Below, piece after piece: positions 1-10,263 of a DNA stretch of 64,000 bases. Each line of letters starts with the position of its first letter. Positions within the stretch are counted from its first letter, which is position 1. A program made the position numbers and the translations under genes. The DNA comes from a virus (taxonomy: Duplodnaviria; Heunggongvirae; Uroviricota; Caudoviricetes): the IMG/VR virus record IMGVR_UViG_3300044796_000394; one strand, written 5' to 3'. The notes under the pieces are model-generated. The model searched no databases and was not told the DNA's origin. It was given only the letters and a program-made list of their open reading frames with translations.

Positions 1-81
1 CCCTTTTACGGCGGCAGTTCCGACGCCGTCCATGCCAGTCGTGTCACCAACCCGATCTACTACCTGAAAACCTTATTCAGT

Positions 82-747
82 ATGAAGAGGTATTTTGACC
101 GCATTGTATCCTTCGTTAACAATGAACGTGATAAGAAGTTCCTAGAAAATCTGCCGGGTAGCTCAGAAGTCATTCAAATTGAATGTAACCCAATCCACTT
201 GCCAGTTTCGGCAATGGGACACATTCAAACCCACGGTGATGATTTCCCCTTCGAGAGCATCTTCTACACCGAAGCCGACCAAATCCTCTATTGTACAGAC
301 CTTCCCGGTGTACTGGACAAGTGCGATGATACAACCTACGTGGTGCCTCACCGGTTCGTTAAGCTCCCTATTGCCGATAGACCGATGTTTACAACCAAGA
401 AGTACGATTTAGAGTCGCCGATTGTAATGTTTGATGGACGACCTTTTGAAATTCGCCATTACGTCGGAAGGGACAATCCAGAAAAAGAGCGGTTCTATCA
501 GGTTAAGAATAAATGGAGGGCATTTGGTGGTACATGGATTGCCAAACGCAATTTGTTCATGAAAACCAAGTTCAAGTTCGTGGATTACCAGCCGATTGAG
601 GAAGCTTGTTTTTCAATGTTTACAGATGATAGAAAGATGTATCGGACTTACGATCCTTATGATTTGTTCGTAGATCATTTGAGTGGATTTGAGCAGATAG
701 CTAGGGATTGTGGGATGGACATTTTGACATTGCCGGGAGGTTGGTAA
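82..747 (+). CDS. hypothetical protein (221 aa)
   Basis: Intact ORF with phage-like codon usage. It ends in a TAATG stop/start overlap with the next gene. No recognisable motif. Confidence 0.5.
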   Translation: MKRYFDRIVSFVNNERDKKFLENLPGSSEVIQIECNPIHLPVSAMGHIQTHGDDFPFESIFYTEADQILYCTDLPGVLDKCDDTTYVVPHRFVKLPIADRPMFTTKKYDLESPIVMFDGRPFEIRHYVGRDNPEKERFYQVKNKWRAFGGTWIAKRNLFMKTKFKFVDYQPIEEACFSMFTDDRKMYRTYDPYDLFVDHLSGFEQIARDCGMDILTLPGGW

Positions 748-1451
748 TGTACTCTGATTACGTCAAAAAATTAACTGCTGCTTGTGAAAAACGAAACTGG
801 AAATTAGACGGACAATATGAATTTCTGTCTATTAGGATCAATGAAGGGGCTAAAAAATCCGTTTGTTTTGCTGCTGGCATTCATGGGGACGAACCTGCCG
901 GGCCTGAAGCTATACTGAAATTTGTCAAAGAGGGTTCGGTACCTGATGATGTGTTTGTGATGTTGATGCCCGTGATCAACTCTTGGGGATATGCCAAAGG
1001 TACTCGCAGGAACGCTGCTAGGAAAGACATCAATAGACGATTTTGTGATAAGGTGTTAACTGGCGAAGCGGCTATTGTCAGTGATCTACTTAAAGAACAT
1101 CCTGTATCAATGTTGTGTTCTATGCATGAGTGGCCCGGACAGAATGGGTTTTACATGTACGCTTCTGACAAAGAGAAGAAAGAAGCGATATTGGGCATTC
1201 CGAAGATAGCCAGCGAATGGTTCAGGATTATCAATAATCGTAAAATTAACGATGAGTTTGTTGAGAATGGTATTATTTGGCATCCTGAAAAGAAGTACCG
1301 AAACAATAAGAGCAAATCGACATTAGAAAACAGGGTATTTCTTGATAAAACGCATTATGTTTGTTTGGAAACGCCGAGTGAGACGGATTTAGGCAAACGT
1401 TGCACTTGCCAATTCACCATCATGGAATATATAATCAAAGGAATTCTCTGA
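747..1451 (+). CDS. M14-family zinc carboxypeptidase / AstE-AspA-like deacylase
   Basis: GIHGDEPAG motif (GxHGxExxG zinc site) and a downstream CSMHEW His/Glu. GGAGG ribosome-binding site 6 nt upstream. Start coupled to the upstream stop by TAATG. Confidence 0.6.
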   Translation: MYSDYVKKLTAACEKRNWKLDGQYEFLSIRINEGAKKSVCFAAGIHGDEPAGPEAILKFVKEGSVPDDVFVMLMPVINSWGYAKGTRRNAARKDINRRFCDKVLTGEAAIVSDLLKEHPVSMLCSMHEWPGQNGFYMYASDKEKKEAILGIPKIASEWFRIINNRKINDEFVENGIIWHPEKKYRNNKSKSTLENRVFLDKTHYVCLETPSETDLGKRCTCQFTIMEYIIKGIL

Positions 1452-1462
1452 AGGAAAAAATT

Positions 1463-1771
1463 ATGTTAGAACTTACCGAAGATACGTTTAAGGCCGAAAT
1501 AGAAAACCATGCAGGTTTAGCAATTGTAGATTTTTACACGCCTGCTTGTGCTCCGTGTCGTGTACTCGCACCGGTGTTCAAGGCATCGGCAGATAAGCAT
1601 GTCGCAATCAAGCACGCCAAAATTGAACCTAGCAATGCACAGACTACCTTTGTGAATTTCGGCGTTAACTATGTGCCGACCTTGATTTTGTTCAAGGACG
1701 GTAAAGAACTTGCCCGCAAGGGATTTATGAACGCTGCTGAATTGGATGCTTGGTTGGAGCAAGCTCATTAA
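1463..1771 (+). CDS. thioredoxin-like protein
   Basis: C-A-P-C active site in a FYTPACAPCRVLAPVF context, about 100 aa, thioredoxin fold pattern. AAGGA ribosome-binding site upstream. Confidence 0.75.
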   Translation: MLELTEDTFKAEIENHAGLAIVDFYTPACAPCRVLAPVFKASADKHVAIKHAKIEPSNAQTTFVNFGVNYVPTLILFKDGKELARKGFMNAAELDAWLEQAH

Positions 1772-2336
1772 GTTCAAGTGTATTGTTGCTGATCCACCGT
1801 GGCCTTATAAATCAAGCGATTTGAAATCTTCCCCCGAACATAGACCCAATAGTTGGAATACACCATTGGGTAGTGTTAGCTCGATATATCGTTATGGTTC
1901 CATGTCTTTGAAGGAATTGGGTGAATTGGCGGTCAAGAGCAAGGCGGAAGATAATGCCCATTTGTATTTGTGGGTTACGAACAGTTTTATGGTTGAAGCA
2001 CATCAATTGGCCCGTCAGTGGGGCTTTGAGCCGAAGACGATTATTACTTGGGTTAAGAAGAAAGCGGATGGTACCCCGTCTATGAAGATGGGGTATTATT
2101 ATCGTGGGGCTACTGAACACGCTTTGTTTTGCGTACGAGGCAGTTTGAGGTTAAAAGGCCCGCCACATCCTACAGCGTTTGAGACGCCTAGATTGCCGCA
2201 CAGCATGAAACCTGATTACTTTTATGAAATGGTAGAGAAACAATCCGAGGGACCGTACCTCGAATTGTTCTCACGCAAGAAGAGAGAGAGATGGGCAATT
2301 TGGGGAAATGAATTGCCCAATGATGTTCAAGTTTAA
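1746..2336 (+). CDS. MT-A70 family N6-adenine DNA methyltransferase
   Basis: CIVADPPWPY (the DPPW catalytic motif of MT-A70/Dam-like methyltransferases), followed by LYLWVTNSF and ITWVKK blocks. Confidence 0.75.
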   Translation: MLGWSKLIKFKCIVADPPWPYKSSDLKSSPEHRPNSWNTPLGSVSSIYRYGSMSLKELGELAVKSKAEDNAHLYLWVTNSFMVEAHQLARQWGFEPKTIITWVKKKADGTPSMKMGYYYRGATEHALFCVRGSLRLKGPPHPTAFETPRLPHSMKPDYFYEMVEKQSEGPYLELFSRKKRERWAIWGNELPNDVQV

Positions 2337-2950
2337 GTAATTGGTTTTCCGTCTGGCGTTTGACGACCAAAGTAGATTTCCCAAGACTTAATCTTGTGGT
2401 TGTTGCCCAACACTTCCATTCCCGGCTTCCTTGGAATCTTTATCAAATGCATGCCAGATTGCTGCAAGGTCTTATCGGCCTTTTTCTGGTTGCATTTGTA
2501 GCAAGCCGTTACACAGTTTTCCCAAGTCGATCCACCACCTTTAGAGCGGGGGATAACGTGGTCGATGGACAGGTCGCCACGTGGAGGGTGACAACCGCAG
2601 TATTGGCATTCATCGCAATCCCGTCTGAACACGTTTTTCCTGTTAAAGTTTAACTGGTTCTTTGGGATACGACCGTAGCGGCTCACGATGATGATTTCGG
2701 GAGCACGGTACACCTTTTCGCCGCACCCGTGGATGATGCCTTCATCCGGTCGGGTAGGCAATTCGATCCATTCATCGAAGTCGTATGTACGGCTTTCGTA
2801 AACGTCCAAAATTTGGGCTTTGGTGTGTTTTTTATTGCGTTCATCGAACCAATCGTTAGAAACCATCGTCAAGGCCCGGCGAACCGAAACCGTGTTAATT
2901 GGTATCCAGTAACGATTGAGAACGAGAGTAGGTTGGGTCAAGATGCTCAT
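2333..2950 (-). CDS. HNH endonuclease
   Basis: CDECQYCGC...DHVIPRSKGG...WENCVTACYKCNQKK, a canonical HNH with a zinc finger. Confidence 0.8.
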   Translation of the reverse strand: MSILTQPTLVLNRYWIPINTVSVRRALTMVSNDWFDERNKKHTKAQILDVYESRTYDFDEWIELPTRPDEGIIHGCGEKVYRAPEIIIVSRYGRIPKNQLNFNRKNVFRRDCDECQYCGCHPPRGDLSIDHVIPRSKGGGSTWENCVTACYKCNQKKADKTLQQSGMHLIKIPRKPGMEVLGNNHKIKSWEIYFGRQTPDGKPIT

Positions 2951-2955
2951 GGTAA

Positions 2956-3468
2956 TTAATTAGTTTGGACTTCAAAACCTTTGAGTGAGTAAACGCCACG
3001 TTTGAGTTTAACAATGACTTTGCCTTCGCTAATCAGTTGTTTTTTGACACGTGCAAGGTGATTGCAAAGTGCCGGTTTGGATAATGAGAAGTCTTTGAAT
3101 TTATTTTCTAAATCCAAAAGCGATACTTCTCGTCCTGCTAGGAACTCTTGTCGTACGTGTGACGAAAGGATGTCTGCTTGCGCAAGAATCTTCCGTCTCG
3201 TTCTTGAAGAAGAGTTGATTTCTCCTACGGGAGAGAGTTTAATTTCCACAACCTCATAGGAACCCTTGTTGGGATTGCCATGATGATCGCAAATGGATCG
3301 AGCCAATTCTTGAAGACTTTGAATCTTGACGTTATTGGCTTTGACCACAGAGATTTCAGCCGAACAAGTACGAGCGAATTCAACCAATTGGGCGAAATGT
3401 GCTGCTTGTGTGAAGAATTCCCTGCTGTCGGCGGTTTTGAGCATTAGACAATTAATTGTTTCTGACAT
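2956..3468 (-). CDS. hypothetical protein (170 aa)
   Basis: Intact ORF between the HNH gene and the amidoligase gene. No clear motif. Confidence 0.45.
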   Translation of the reverse strand: MSETINCLMLKTADSREFFTQAAHFAQLVEFARTCSAEISVVKANNVKIQSLQELARSICDHHGNPNKGSYEVVEIKLSPVGEINSSSRTRRKILAQADILSSHVRQEFLAGREVSLLDLENKFKDFSLSKPALCNHLARVKKQLISEGKVIVKLKRGVYSLKGFEVQTN

Positions 3469-3588
3469 TGGTTACTCTAAATTATTGATGTGCCCTTATT
3501 ATAAGGTGACAACCGCCAGATAAAAAGTGCTCTTCGTAATTTGTTTTGATTTGGTAATATCAGTAAGTGAATTCACGATACATCGGAG

Positions 3589-4635
3589 ATGGTTATGGGA
3601 GCGCCTGTGAACAAATTGCCTTACCTGTCGTTTTGCTCGGATCGCCGTTTCGGCATCGAGCTGGAGATTAACGCCTACGACGGGAAAAATCGTCCCGACC
3701 AAGGCCAAAAGGTCGCCGGGATTGACGACGTAGCTATGGTGGTTGCTGCCAGTAGCACGGAGGCGGTCGAAATTCGTGAGTGGGAACACACCCACAACAA
3801 TGAAGTCTGGGTACTGAAACCCGACTCGTCTTGCGGCATGGAAGTTTGTACGCCCATCTACAAAGGGTGGCCGGGACTTCGCAAGGTCGTTCAAGTCGTG
3901 GAAGCCTTCAACAAATACCCCAAAGTTAAGGTCGATAATCGCTGTTCGGTACACGTCCACGTTGAAGTGGCCGATCTTACCACCGAACAAATCGGCAGCA
4001 TTATCGCCCACTGGTTTAAAGTGGAACCCGTGTTTATGGACTCTGTGCCGCCTCACCGCAAGCGGAACCGGTATTGCCAATACATGGGCTTCAACAACCT
4101 CGTACAGACGGAAACCAAGCTCAACGCTGCCGATCTGATGAAGAAAGTGGGGAATGTTAAGTATTATTCCCTCAACACCAACCAGATGATGAAAAACGGT
4201 CGCAAAACCGTTGAATTCCGCATCGTGGAAGGTGACGGCTGCAAAGACCCGTTCCTCATCAAGAATTGGACTCGCCTCCTGCTCCAATTCATTGAAATGG
4301 CAGCACGCCGTCCGCTACCTCCTGAATATGAAGAAGGTAATCCGTGGTCGTCGCTCTGCTGGTTGGAACCTTCGGACACATTCAAATTGCTCGGCTTTGA
4401 TCCGAGTGAGTACGAATTGTCTCCCGGTCTCCAACAGACCCGCAACTGGTTCTTGGCTCGCCTTCAAAAGAACATGTCTCCGGACATTGGCGAAGGTTTC
4501 CGTCAATACGCCTACGAAAACCTACAGAAGATGCTGGCCGATTACAAAGAAATGGGTGTTGTTATTTGTCCCGAAAAGCACTTGTCGCCTACGGACTTGA
4601 AAGAAGCATTATACAAAGAAGAGTTAAGGGTATAA
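3589..4635 (+). CDS. Amidoligase_2-family (GS/GCS2-like COOH-NH2 ligase) enzyme
   Basis: N-terminal GIELEIN (E-x-E) and CSVHVHVEV (H-x-H) motifs typical of the phage amidoligase family. GGAG ribosome-binding site. Confidence 0.65.
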   Translation: MVMGAPVNKLPYLSFCSDRRFGIELEINAYDGKNRPDQGQKVAGIDDVAMVVAASSTEAVEIREWEHTHNNEVWVLKPDSSCGMEVCTPIYKGWPGLRKVVQVVEAFNKYPKVKVDNRCSVHVHVEVADLTTEQIGSIIAHWFKVEPVFMDSVPPHRKRNRYCQYMGFNNLVQTETKLNAADLMKKVGNVKYYSLNTNQMMKNGRKTVEFRIVEGDGCKDPFLIKNWTRLLLQFIEMAARRPLPPEYEEGNPWSSLCWLEPSDTFKLLGFDPSEYELSPGLQQTRNWFLARLQKNMSPDIGEGFRQYAYENLQKMLADYKEMGVVICPEKHLSPTDLKEALYKEELRV

Positions 4636-4638
4636 GGT

Positions 4639-4887
4639 ATGCAGAGAAATGTTTATGGCGAAGCATTTGTTATAATAATGGCAATTGCTATCATCGTTGA
4701 TCTTTTGTTGGTAGGGTTGGGTCTTTCCAGTATTTCATGGCGAACATGGATGGCTACTCAGCATCACCCCACATTAATTGCTGCTGGTACGCTGGCAACT
4801 GTGGGTATTTGCTACTTGATCAGATACTCATGGAAGTATGTGATGTTCATGGGGATTATGGGTGGTCATTTGTTTGTCCACTGGTAA
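4639..4887 (+). CDS. small membrane protein (2-3 transmembrane segments)
   Basis: Hydrophobic stretches AFVIIMAIAIIVDLLLVGLGL and LIAAGTLATVGICYLI. Confidence 0.5.
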   Translation: MQRNVYGEAFVIIMAIAIIVDLLLVGLGLSSISWRTWMATQHHPTLIAAGTLATVGICYLIRYSWKYVMFMGIMGGHLFVHW

Positions 4888-4902
4888 TTAACTTCTTGTG
4901 AG

Positions 4903-5493
4903 ATGATTATGTACGCTCTTCGTGATACACGCTCCGGAAGATTTCTAAAGAATTTTTCCGGAAGCTTCAGCAGATTTGAATGGTACGCCGGATACACTCT
5001 TGAGAAGGATTTGGGTCGAAAGCCCACCGTTGAAGAGTTGCATTCTACCTTGTGGTGCCAAGATACGCCCAATGATGCAAAACTCTACAAAACGATTGGG
5101 GGAGTTAAGACAGCTCACCATAGCGTACGCAAAAACCCAATTGAAGGCAAGTCACCACGATATGTGACGGTTCCACTCAATGAATCCTGTCCTTGGATGG
5201 AAATTGTGAAAGTGGAAGTTGCTGTTAAGCCCACTTCAAAAGATGCGTTTCTTTTGAAGGTTTTGGATGAAGCATGGAGCACCGTTACCAGTAACATAGT
5301 CCAAGATGGCTTGGCAGGGGCACATGACCGCATTGGGGGCATGACTTCCGAAGAAGTTAAGGTTCATTATCCCAAATACAATGAATCCTTTGATCCCAAT
5401 CTCGTTGGCGATGATTTTAACGATGATGTCGCCGACCAAGTGATGAAAGATGTTGGCGATTTGTTGGAACGATTAAGGAAAGAAGCAGAATGA
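4903..5493 (+). CDS. hypothetical protein
   Basis: Intact 196-aa ORF. Confidence 0.5.
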   Translation: MIMYALRDTRSGRFLKNFSGSFSRFEWYAGYTLEKDLGRKPTVEELHSTLWCQDTPNDAKLYKTIGGVKTAHHSVRKNPIEGKSPRYVTVPLNESCPWMEIVKVEVAVKPTSKDAFLLKVLDEAWSTVTSNIVQDGLAGAHDRIGGMTSEEVKVHYPKYNESFDPNLVGDDFNDDVADQVMKDVGDLLERLRKEAE

Positions 5494-5951
5494 TTGATCT
5501 AAAAGAAACTGTGAGAGAGATGAAAGAGGTTGCGAAAAACCTCGTCTCTCGCAGTTTTCCTCTTGTTACGAGGGAAGAAGAAGTTGCTATTGCTGAGCTC
5601 AAAAAGAGAAAAGTGGTAGTTAATGGTTATCATATCGGATTGTATTACAACGAATGCCAGTATGGAAAGTATTTGTTGAATTCGCTACAAGTTTTCGGTA
5701 GATCCCATCCTTATTTGCCGTTTGATCTAGTAACTGACGTAGCGGTTAGGTTTTTAGGCAAGCACAAACTTTCGCTCATAGAAGTTCCATACGAAGGTAA
5801 AAGTTCGACTAGAAAAATTTATGTTTGGACGGTATATTATGGTACCGAGTCAGTGGCGGTTGATAATCCTTTTCATACAACATCCACCCCCGGTTCGTAT
5901 GGCGACATCAAGTTTAATAAAATAAACTCACATGATGTTAAGTTTTTCTAA
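5490..5951 (+). CDS. hypothetical protein
   Basis: Intact 153-aa ORF whose start overlaps the upstream stop (ATGA). Confidence 0.5.
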   Translation: MIDLKETVREMKEVAKNLVSRSFPLVTREEEVAIAELKKRKVVVNGYHIGLYYNECQYGKYLLNSLQVFGRSHPYLPFDLVTDVAVRFLGKHKLSLIEVPYEGKSSTRKIYVWTVYYGTESVAVDNPFHTTSTPGSYGDIKFNKINSHDVKFF

Positions 5952-6316
5952 TACAGGTCAGTGTATTTTTTGGATTTGACGACTACACCGGCAAAATCAT
6001 TAACAATAGTTTTTCCGTCAAGCGTCAAAATTAATTCCAAGGTACCGGCAATATAAGAGTCTGTTTGAGGGACTGTGAAATTTACTAAAATTTCTAAACC
6101 TGAAGGATGCAAATTGGCTGTACCGACCTTGATACTCACTGCTCTCCTATGGTAAGATATGTCATCGATTTCCGTTTCGGAAAAGTTCTTATTTTTTACA
6201 AATTCTTTCACGAAATTGGTGAGAAGATGCACATCAATGAAGTCGGTCCAATTTTTGACTAAGAGTTTCCCCAAGTTATCACGTAGAAGCATAGGCGGTT
6301 TCCATGAAGGGCACAA
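5948..6316 (-). CDS. hypothetical protein
   Basis: 122-aa ORF on the opposite strand, filling the gap. Confidence 0.4.
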   Translation of the reverse strand: MCPSWKPPMLLRDNLGKLLVKNWTDFIDVHLLTNFVKEFVKNKNFSETEIDDISYHRRAVSIKVGTANLHPSGLEILVNFTVPQTDSYIAGTLELILTLDGKTIVNDFAGVVVKSKKYTDLY

Positions 6317-6591
6317 AATTTACAGAAGTAGTTAAAGAGTACGGTCGCAAATTATCTGATGCGGATCTTCGTTATTTACTACAGAGATTTCATCAAAGAA
6401 TCGGTGAAGACGTAGCCGAAGCAGTTGAATTTCTCCAAAAGAGCAGCGATATTGATAGTTGGTTGAGTACGGCAAAATCTGCTAATGATTTTTTCGACAT
6501 GACTGATACAATTGATAATATCCTACAAGGCGAGTCACGCAAGAGGTTTAATTCTTATGACTCAAAGGACAAATACCGCTTGGGTACCTGA
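6304..6591 (+). CDS. hypothetical protein
   Basis: 95-aa ORF. Confidence 0.4.
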   Translation: MKGTKFTEVVKEYGRKLSDADLRYLLQRFHQRIGEDVAEAVEFLQKSSDIDSWLSTAKSANDFFDMTDTIDNILQGESRKRFNSYDSKDKYRLGT

Positions 6592-7444
6592 GTTTATTGC
6601 TTGTACCTGTGGTATTGCGTATAAAATGAATACAGGTGCACACAAGTGTATGTGTGGTGTACGAGTCTATACCGGGGACAAACCAGTGTTCAAGTGCTGC
6701 CCAGAATGCTCCAACCCTAAATACATTGCAGAGCGCAAATTTCATTGGTGCGGTGATGAAACCAAGCAATGTACGACTTGTGGTTACGATTTAACCAAAC
6801 GTCCAAAAATCATCAGTGAAGACGCCAGAATCAGCGGTAAGATTTCGTTGCCATTTAGCTTCAAAGGCTCGGATGGCAAGGCATACGAATTTCTAGGATG
6901 GGAAAAGAACGATCCGGAAACCAAACGGCTCGTTATCGTAGCAGCCGATGAAACTAAAACGGTTCTTAATCAAAAAAGTTCATCGGAATTGTTAAGTAGA
7001 CTCAAGATCAATCCTTACACTGTTCCGATCAAACACAAACCACAACAACGCAAAATGTCCCCCAAAGAATGGGGCGAATATGAAAGATTCAAAGACACTC
7101 GCAGTCGTCTGGAAGACATGACGGGCGAGTTGTTGTTGTGTTGGCGCAACCACTTGGAATACATCAGGGATGAACTTGGTCATTACGATGAAGATGAAAC
7201 CATCGATGAAATGACGGAAATGTGTCGTACTCTGCCACGACTAATGATGTTTATTAGAACATCGCATTTTCCAGCGATGGAAATGGATGACGACGAATTT
7301 ACGGATCGCCAACGAATGTACGACGAGGATGACATCGAAAGTCGTACACAATACTATCACGCTTATAAACCAACCGAATACATAGAACAAAAACCCAAGA
7401 AGGTTCATGTGACTATACAGGATATTTCGGACGGGCAACTTTAA
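6557..7444 (+). CDS. zinc-ribbon / Cys-cluster protein
   Basis: Multiple CxxC pairs (CTCG, CMCG, CCPEC, CTTCG). Acidic C-terminus. Start uncertain (6512 or 6557). Confidence 0.5.
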   Translation: MTQRTNTAWVPEFIACTCGIAYKMNTGAHKCMCGVRVYTGDKPVFKCCPECSNPKYIAERKFHWCGDETKQCTTCGYDLTKRPKIISEDARISGKISLPFSFKGSDGKAYEFLGWEKNDPETKRLVIVAADETKTVLNQKSSSELLSRLKINPYTVPIKHKPQQRKMSPKEWGEYERFKDTRSRLEDMTGELLLCWRNHLEYIRDELGHYDEDETIDEMTEMCRTLPRLMMFIRTSHFPAMEMDDDEFTDRQRMYDEDDIESRTQYYHAYKPTEYIEQKPKKVHVTIQDISDGQL

Positions 7445-7460
7445 CAACCTGAAAGTAAAG

Positions 7461-7487
7461 AGCGGATTTTATCCGCTCATTTTTTTA
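7461..7487 (+). terminator. rho-independent terminator
   Basis: agcggat-ttt-atccgct hairpin followed by a T7 run, immediately before the helicase ATG. Confidence 0.6.
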
Positions 7488-7488
7488 C

Positions 7489-9513
7489 ATGACAATCAAA
7501 AAATCTCTTGAATATATCTACGAATCGTCCGATCTCAAGCTGACAGCAGATTATCCTTACGCTAAATTTCCTTTTGAGAAGTTTAATCCTGTTCAAACCG
7601 GATTGCTGAAAACTTACGAACAAGATACCAACTGTATCGTAGCTGCTTCAACATCTGCCGGTAAAACCGTTTGCTTTGAAATCTACGCCAGTCACACCAT
7701 CCGAAAACACGGTAAGAAGGCCATCTACCTATCACCGTTAAAGTCCCTCTCACAAGAGAAGTACGACGATTGGACAGATCCAAGCCACCATTTCTCGGAC
7801 TTGAAAGTTGCTATCTGTACAGGTGATTACCGAATGACACCGGCACGGAAGCAAGAGTTGGATGAAGCAAATATCATCATCATGACGAGCGAAATGCTTA
7901 ATTCAATGTCCCGTAACTTCTTCTCAGAAAAGAACAAGTTTTTGTCGGATGTCGGATTGGTAGGAATTGACGAATCCCACTTGTTGGGCGTTGTCGGTCG
8001 GGGCGGTCACTTGGAATCGGGAATTATTAAGTTCACGGAATCCAACCCCGAAGCCAGACTCCTTCTCCTTAGCGCCACCATGCCCAATGTTGATGAAATA
8101 GGTAAGTGGATCAATAGCCTTAACGATAAAACAACGTTATTGTTGGAATCAGATTATCGTCCCTGTAAGTTGAATATCCACTACGAACGATACTACAACT
8201 TAAATTATGGATATGATGCAGGCGAAGAACAGAAGGTTGCTTTAACGATTAAACTTCTCAAAAAGTATCCCAACGACAAATTCATTTGCTTTGTTCACAC
8301 AAAGAGAACAGGCGAACTTTTACAGGGCAAACTCAATGCGGCCAAGATCAGCAACCATTTTCACAATGCCAATTTAGAAAAAAATGAGCGAGTGAAAATT
8401 GAGCGGCAGTTTAGAGAAAATCCCGATTTGCGGGTGATTGTAGCTACGAGTGGTTTGGCTCAAGGTTTGAACATGCCAGCCCGTAGAATTGTGATCGTTG
8501 GCATCCACAGAGGTATGACCGAAGTGGATACCCATGAGATTGTACAGGAATGCGGTCGTGCTGGTCGTCCGCAATACGATCCCGAAGGCGATGCTTATGT
8601 ACTCGTACCATCTTCGCATTTCGCCGAACACGTAGCCCGTTTGACTGAGCCTCAATTGATCAAGAGTCAAATGCAGGATTTCAAGACTTTGGCCTTCCAC
8701 CTTGTCAGCGAAATCCACCACAAGAGCATTACGAACATGGATGATGTTCACAAGTGGTACAGTCGTACATTGGCCCACTTCCAACAAAAAGACCTTGATG
8801 AAGAAGATGTTCGTGGTATAATTAAAAACTTAGTGATGTGCGGTTGCGTGAGGGAAGAAGATGGACAATACGTTACTACGACTGCCGGTACAGTTGCCAG
8901 CATGTTCTACTATTCGCCTTATGACGTTGCCGATCTAAGTCGCAATTTCACAAGACTCTTCCAAAACAATCTAGCCGATAACGATGTCGCTGTTTGTATG
9001 GCATTGGCTAATTTGGACGGATACAGAAATGGAATTGTTAATAAGGCCGAACAGTATGAAATGGAAACGTTCGGGAGATTGATAACCGGCTCAATTACTA
9101 GAGCACTTTCTCCGAAGGTTGATTTTACCCCGGCAACAATCAAAACGGCTTATTGTTACCATCTCCTCATGAAAGGGGAGCATTCGGTAGCAATGAACAA
9201 TACGATGCGAACCCTTCAAATGGACTTCGGTCGTGCTTCGGAAGTTTTGTCGGCGCTGGATAGCATGGGCAGCAAGTGGGATGAAGCGGAATTCTTTAAG
9301 CTCATGAAATTGCGTGTGTCTTACGGTGTGCCTATTGAGATGGTGGAATTGTGTCAGATCAAGGGAATTGGAAAAGCCAAGGCGAAGAAGTTGTACGCTA
9401 TGGGAATGCGGACACCGAATGAAGTCAACGATGTGGTTAAGGTTATTAAGGCTTTGAATTGTTCAAAGAAGGTTGCGGAAGATACCATAGCAAACGCTAA
9501 AACAATCAAATAA
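7489..9513 (+). CDS. SF2 DEAD/DEAH-box helicase (Ski2/Hel308-like)
   Basis: Walker A AASTSAGKT, DESH box (GIDESHLLG), SAT-like LSATMPN, motif VI ECGRAGRPQYD. C-terminal HhH-like GIGKAKAKKLYAMG. Confidence 0.85.
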   Translation: MTIKKSLEYIYESSDLKLTADYPYAKFPFEKFNPVQTGLLKTYEQDTNCIVAASTSAGKTVCFEIYASHTIRKHGKKAIYLSPLKSLSQEKYDDWTDPSHHFSDLKVAICTGDYRMTPARKQELDEANIIIMTSEMLNSMSRNFFSEKNKFLSDVGLVGIDESHLLGVVGRGGHLESGIIKFTESNPEARLLLLSATMPNVDEIGKWINSLNDKTTLLLESDYRPCKLNIHYERYYNLNYGYDAGEEQKVALTIKLLKKYPNDKFICFVHTKRTGELLQGKLNAAKISNHFHNANLEKNERVKIERQFRENPDLRVIVATSGLAQGLNMPARRIVIVGIHRGMTEVDTHEIVQECGRAGRPQYDPEGDAYVLVPSSHFAEHVARLTEPQLIKSQMQDFKTLAFHLVSEIHHKSITNMDDVHKWYSRTLAHFQQKDLDEEDVRGIIKNLVMCGCVREEDGQYVTTTAGTVASMFYYSPYDVADLSRNFTRLFQNNLADNDVAVCMALANLDGYRNGIVNKAEQYEMETFGRLITGSITRALSPKVDFTPATIKTAYCYHLLMKGEHSVAMNNTMRTLQMDFGRASEVLSALDSMGSKWDEAEFFKLMKLRVSYGVPIEMVELCQIKGIGKAKAKKLYAMGMRTPNEVNDVVKVIKALNCSKKVAEDTIANAKTIK

Positions 9514-9524
9514 GGATTATACCA

Positions 9525-9749
9525 ATGAATTCGATCAAACCGTGCAAGTGTGAAACGAACGCCATCATTTTCCAATTGGATCGTGAAATTAACACGATGG
9601 TGTGTTTGCGGTGTAAGACGCCGTACAAAATCAAACAAACAGAACCCTTTAGTATGCAAATGCCGATAAGGGTACAGATGAATTTCAGACACGAAGCTGA
9701 AATCGTCCCGAAGTATTCAGTAAATCAATTGACAAAGGAACCTCATTAA
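9525..9749 (+). CDS. small zinc-ribbon protein
   Basis: CKCE...CLRCKTPY Cys pairs. Confidence 0.45.
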   Translation: MNSIKPCKCETNAIIFQLDREINTMVCLRCKTPYKIKQTEPFSMQMPIRVQMNFRHEAEIVPKYSVNQLTKEPH

Positions 9750-9761
9750 AGGTATACTGCT

Positions 9762-10025
9762 ATGAGTAAGCACATAGGACGCAAGGAACGATGGGTTAAT
9801 GGGGGCAACTGCCACACGACCTTTAATGGATACATCCAAAGGAATTATCGTGGTTGGTGGAATGGATACGCAGTTTATCAAAAGAGGATGAAAAAGAATT
9901 CCACCCTTGTTAAACAATATGACATGGTCGGTGAGTTCAAGCGACCGGAACAAGCCAAGATGGTTGTTGAAGATCGTTTGAAGTTGCTGAGAGCCACTAT
10001 CAAGCCAACCATGATTCTTTTCTAG
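9762..10025 (+). CDS. hypothetical protein
   Basis: 87-aa ORF. Confidence 0.4.
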   Translation: MSKHIGRKERWVNGGNCHTTFNGYIQRNYRGWWNGYAVYQKRMKKNSTLVKQYDMVGEFKRPEQAKMVVEDRLKLLRATIKPTMILF

Positions 10026-10026
10026 G

Positions 10027-10263
10027 ATGAATGTAATGAAGGAACTACCTCTCAAAGATGTTGCTTCTTTTGTTCTATCAGACCTAGAAGTAGTACAAAG
10101 AGAATTGGATAAGCTGCGTAGTTTTATCAAAGAAGCAGGAGCTTATGAATTTCCAAAAGATTCCCCGGAAATAATGTCCTACAGGGCAAATTTGTCCGGG
10201 CTTTTGGAGACTTCGCACGCAATTAAAGGTCTTCATCAAATTCTTTTCAAAGGGAACAGATGA
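10027..10263 (+). CDS. hypothetical protein
   Basis: 78-aa ORF. Confidence 0.4.
   Translation: MNVMKELPLKDVASFVLSDLEVVQRELDKLRSFIKEAGAYEFPKDSPEIMSYRANLSGLLETSHAIKGLHQILFKGNR

Noticed and set aside
2360-2950. Plus-strand ORFs (97 aa and 76 aa) inside the HNH endonuclease gene
   Set aside because: They are antisense shadows of a well-supported HNH CDS.
3499-4287. 262-aa minus-strand ORF overlapping the amidoligase gene
   Set aside because: It is antisense to a plus-strand gene that has clear catalytic motifs and a ribosome-binding site. It has low-complexity composition and no start context.
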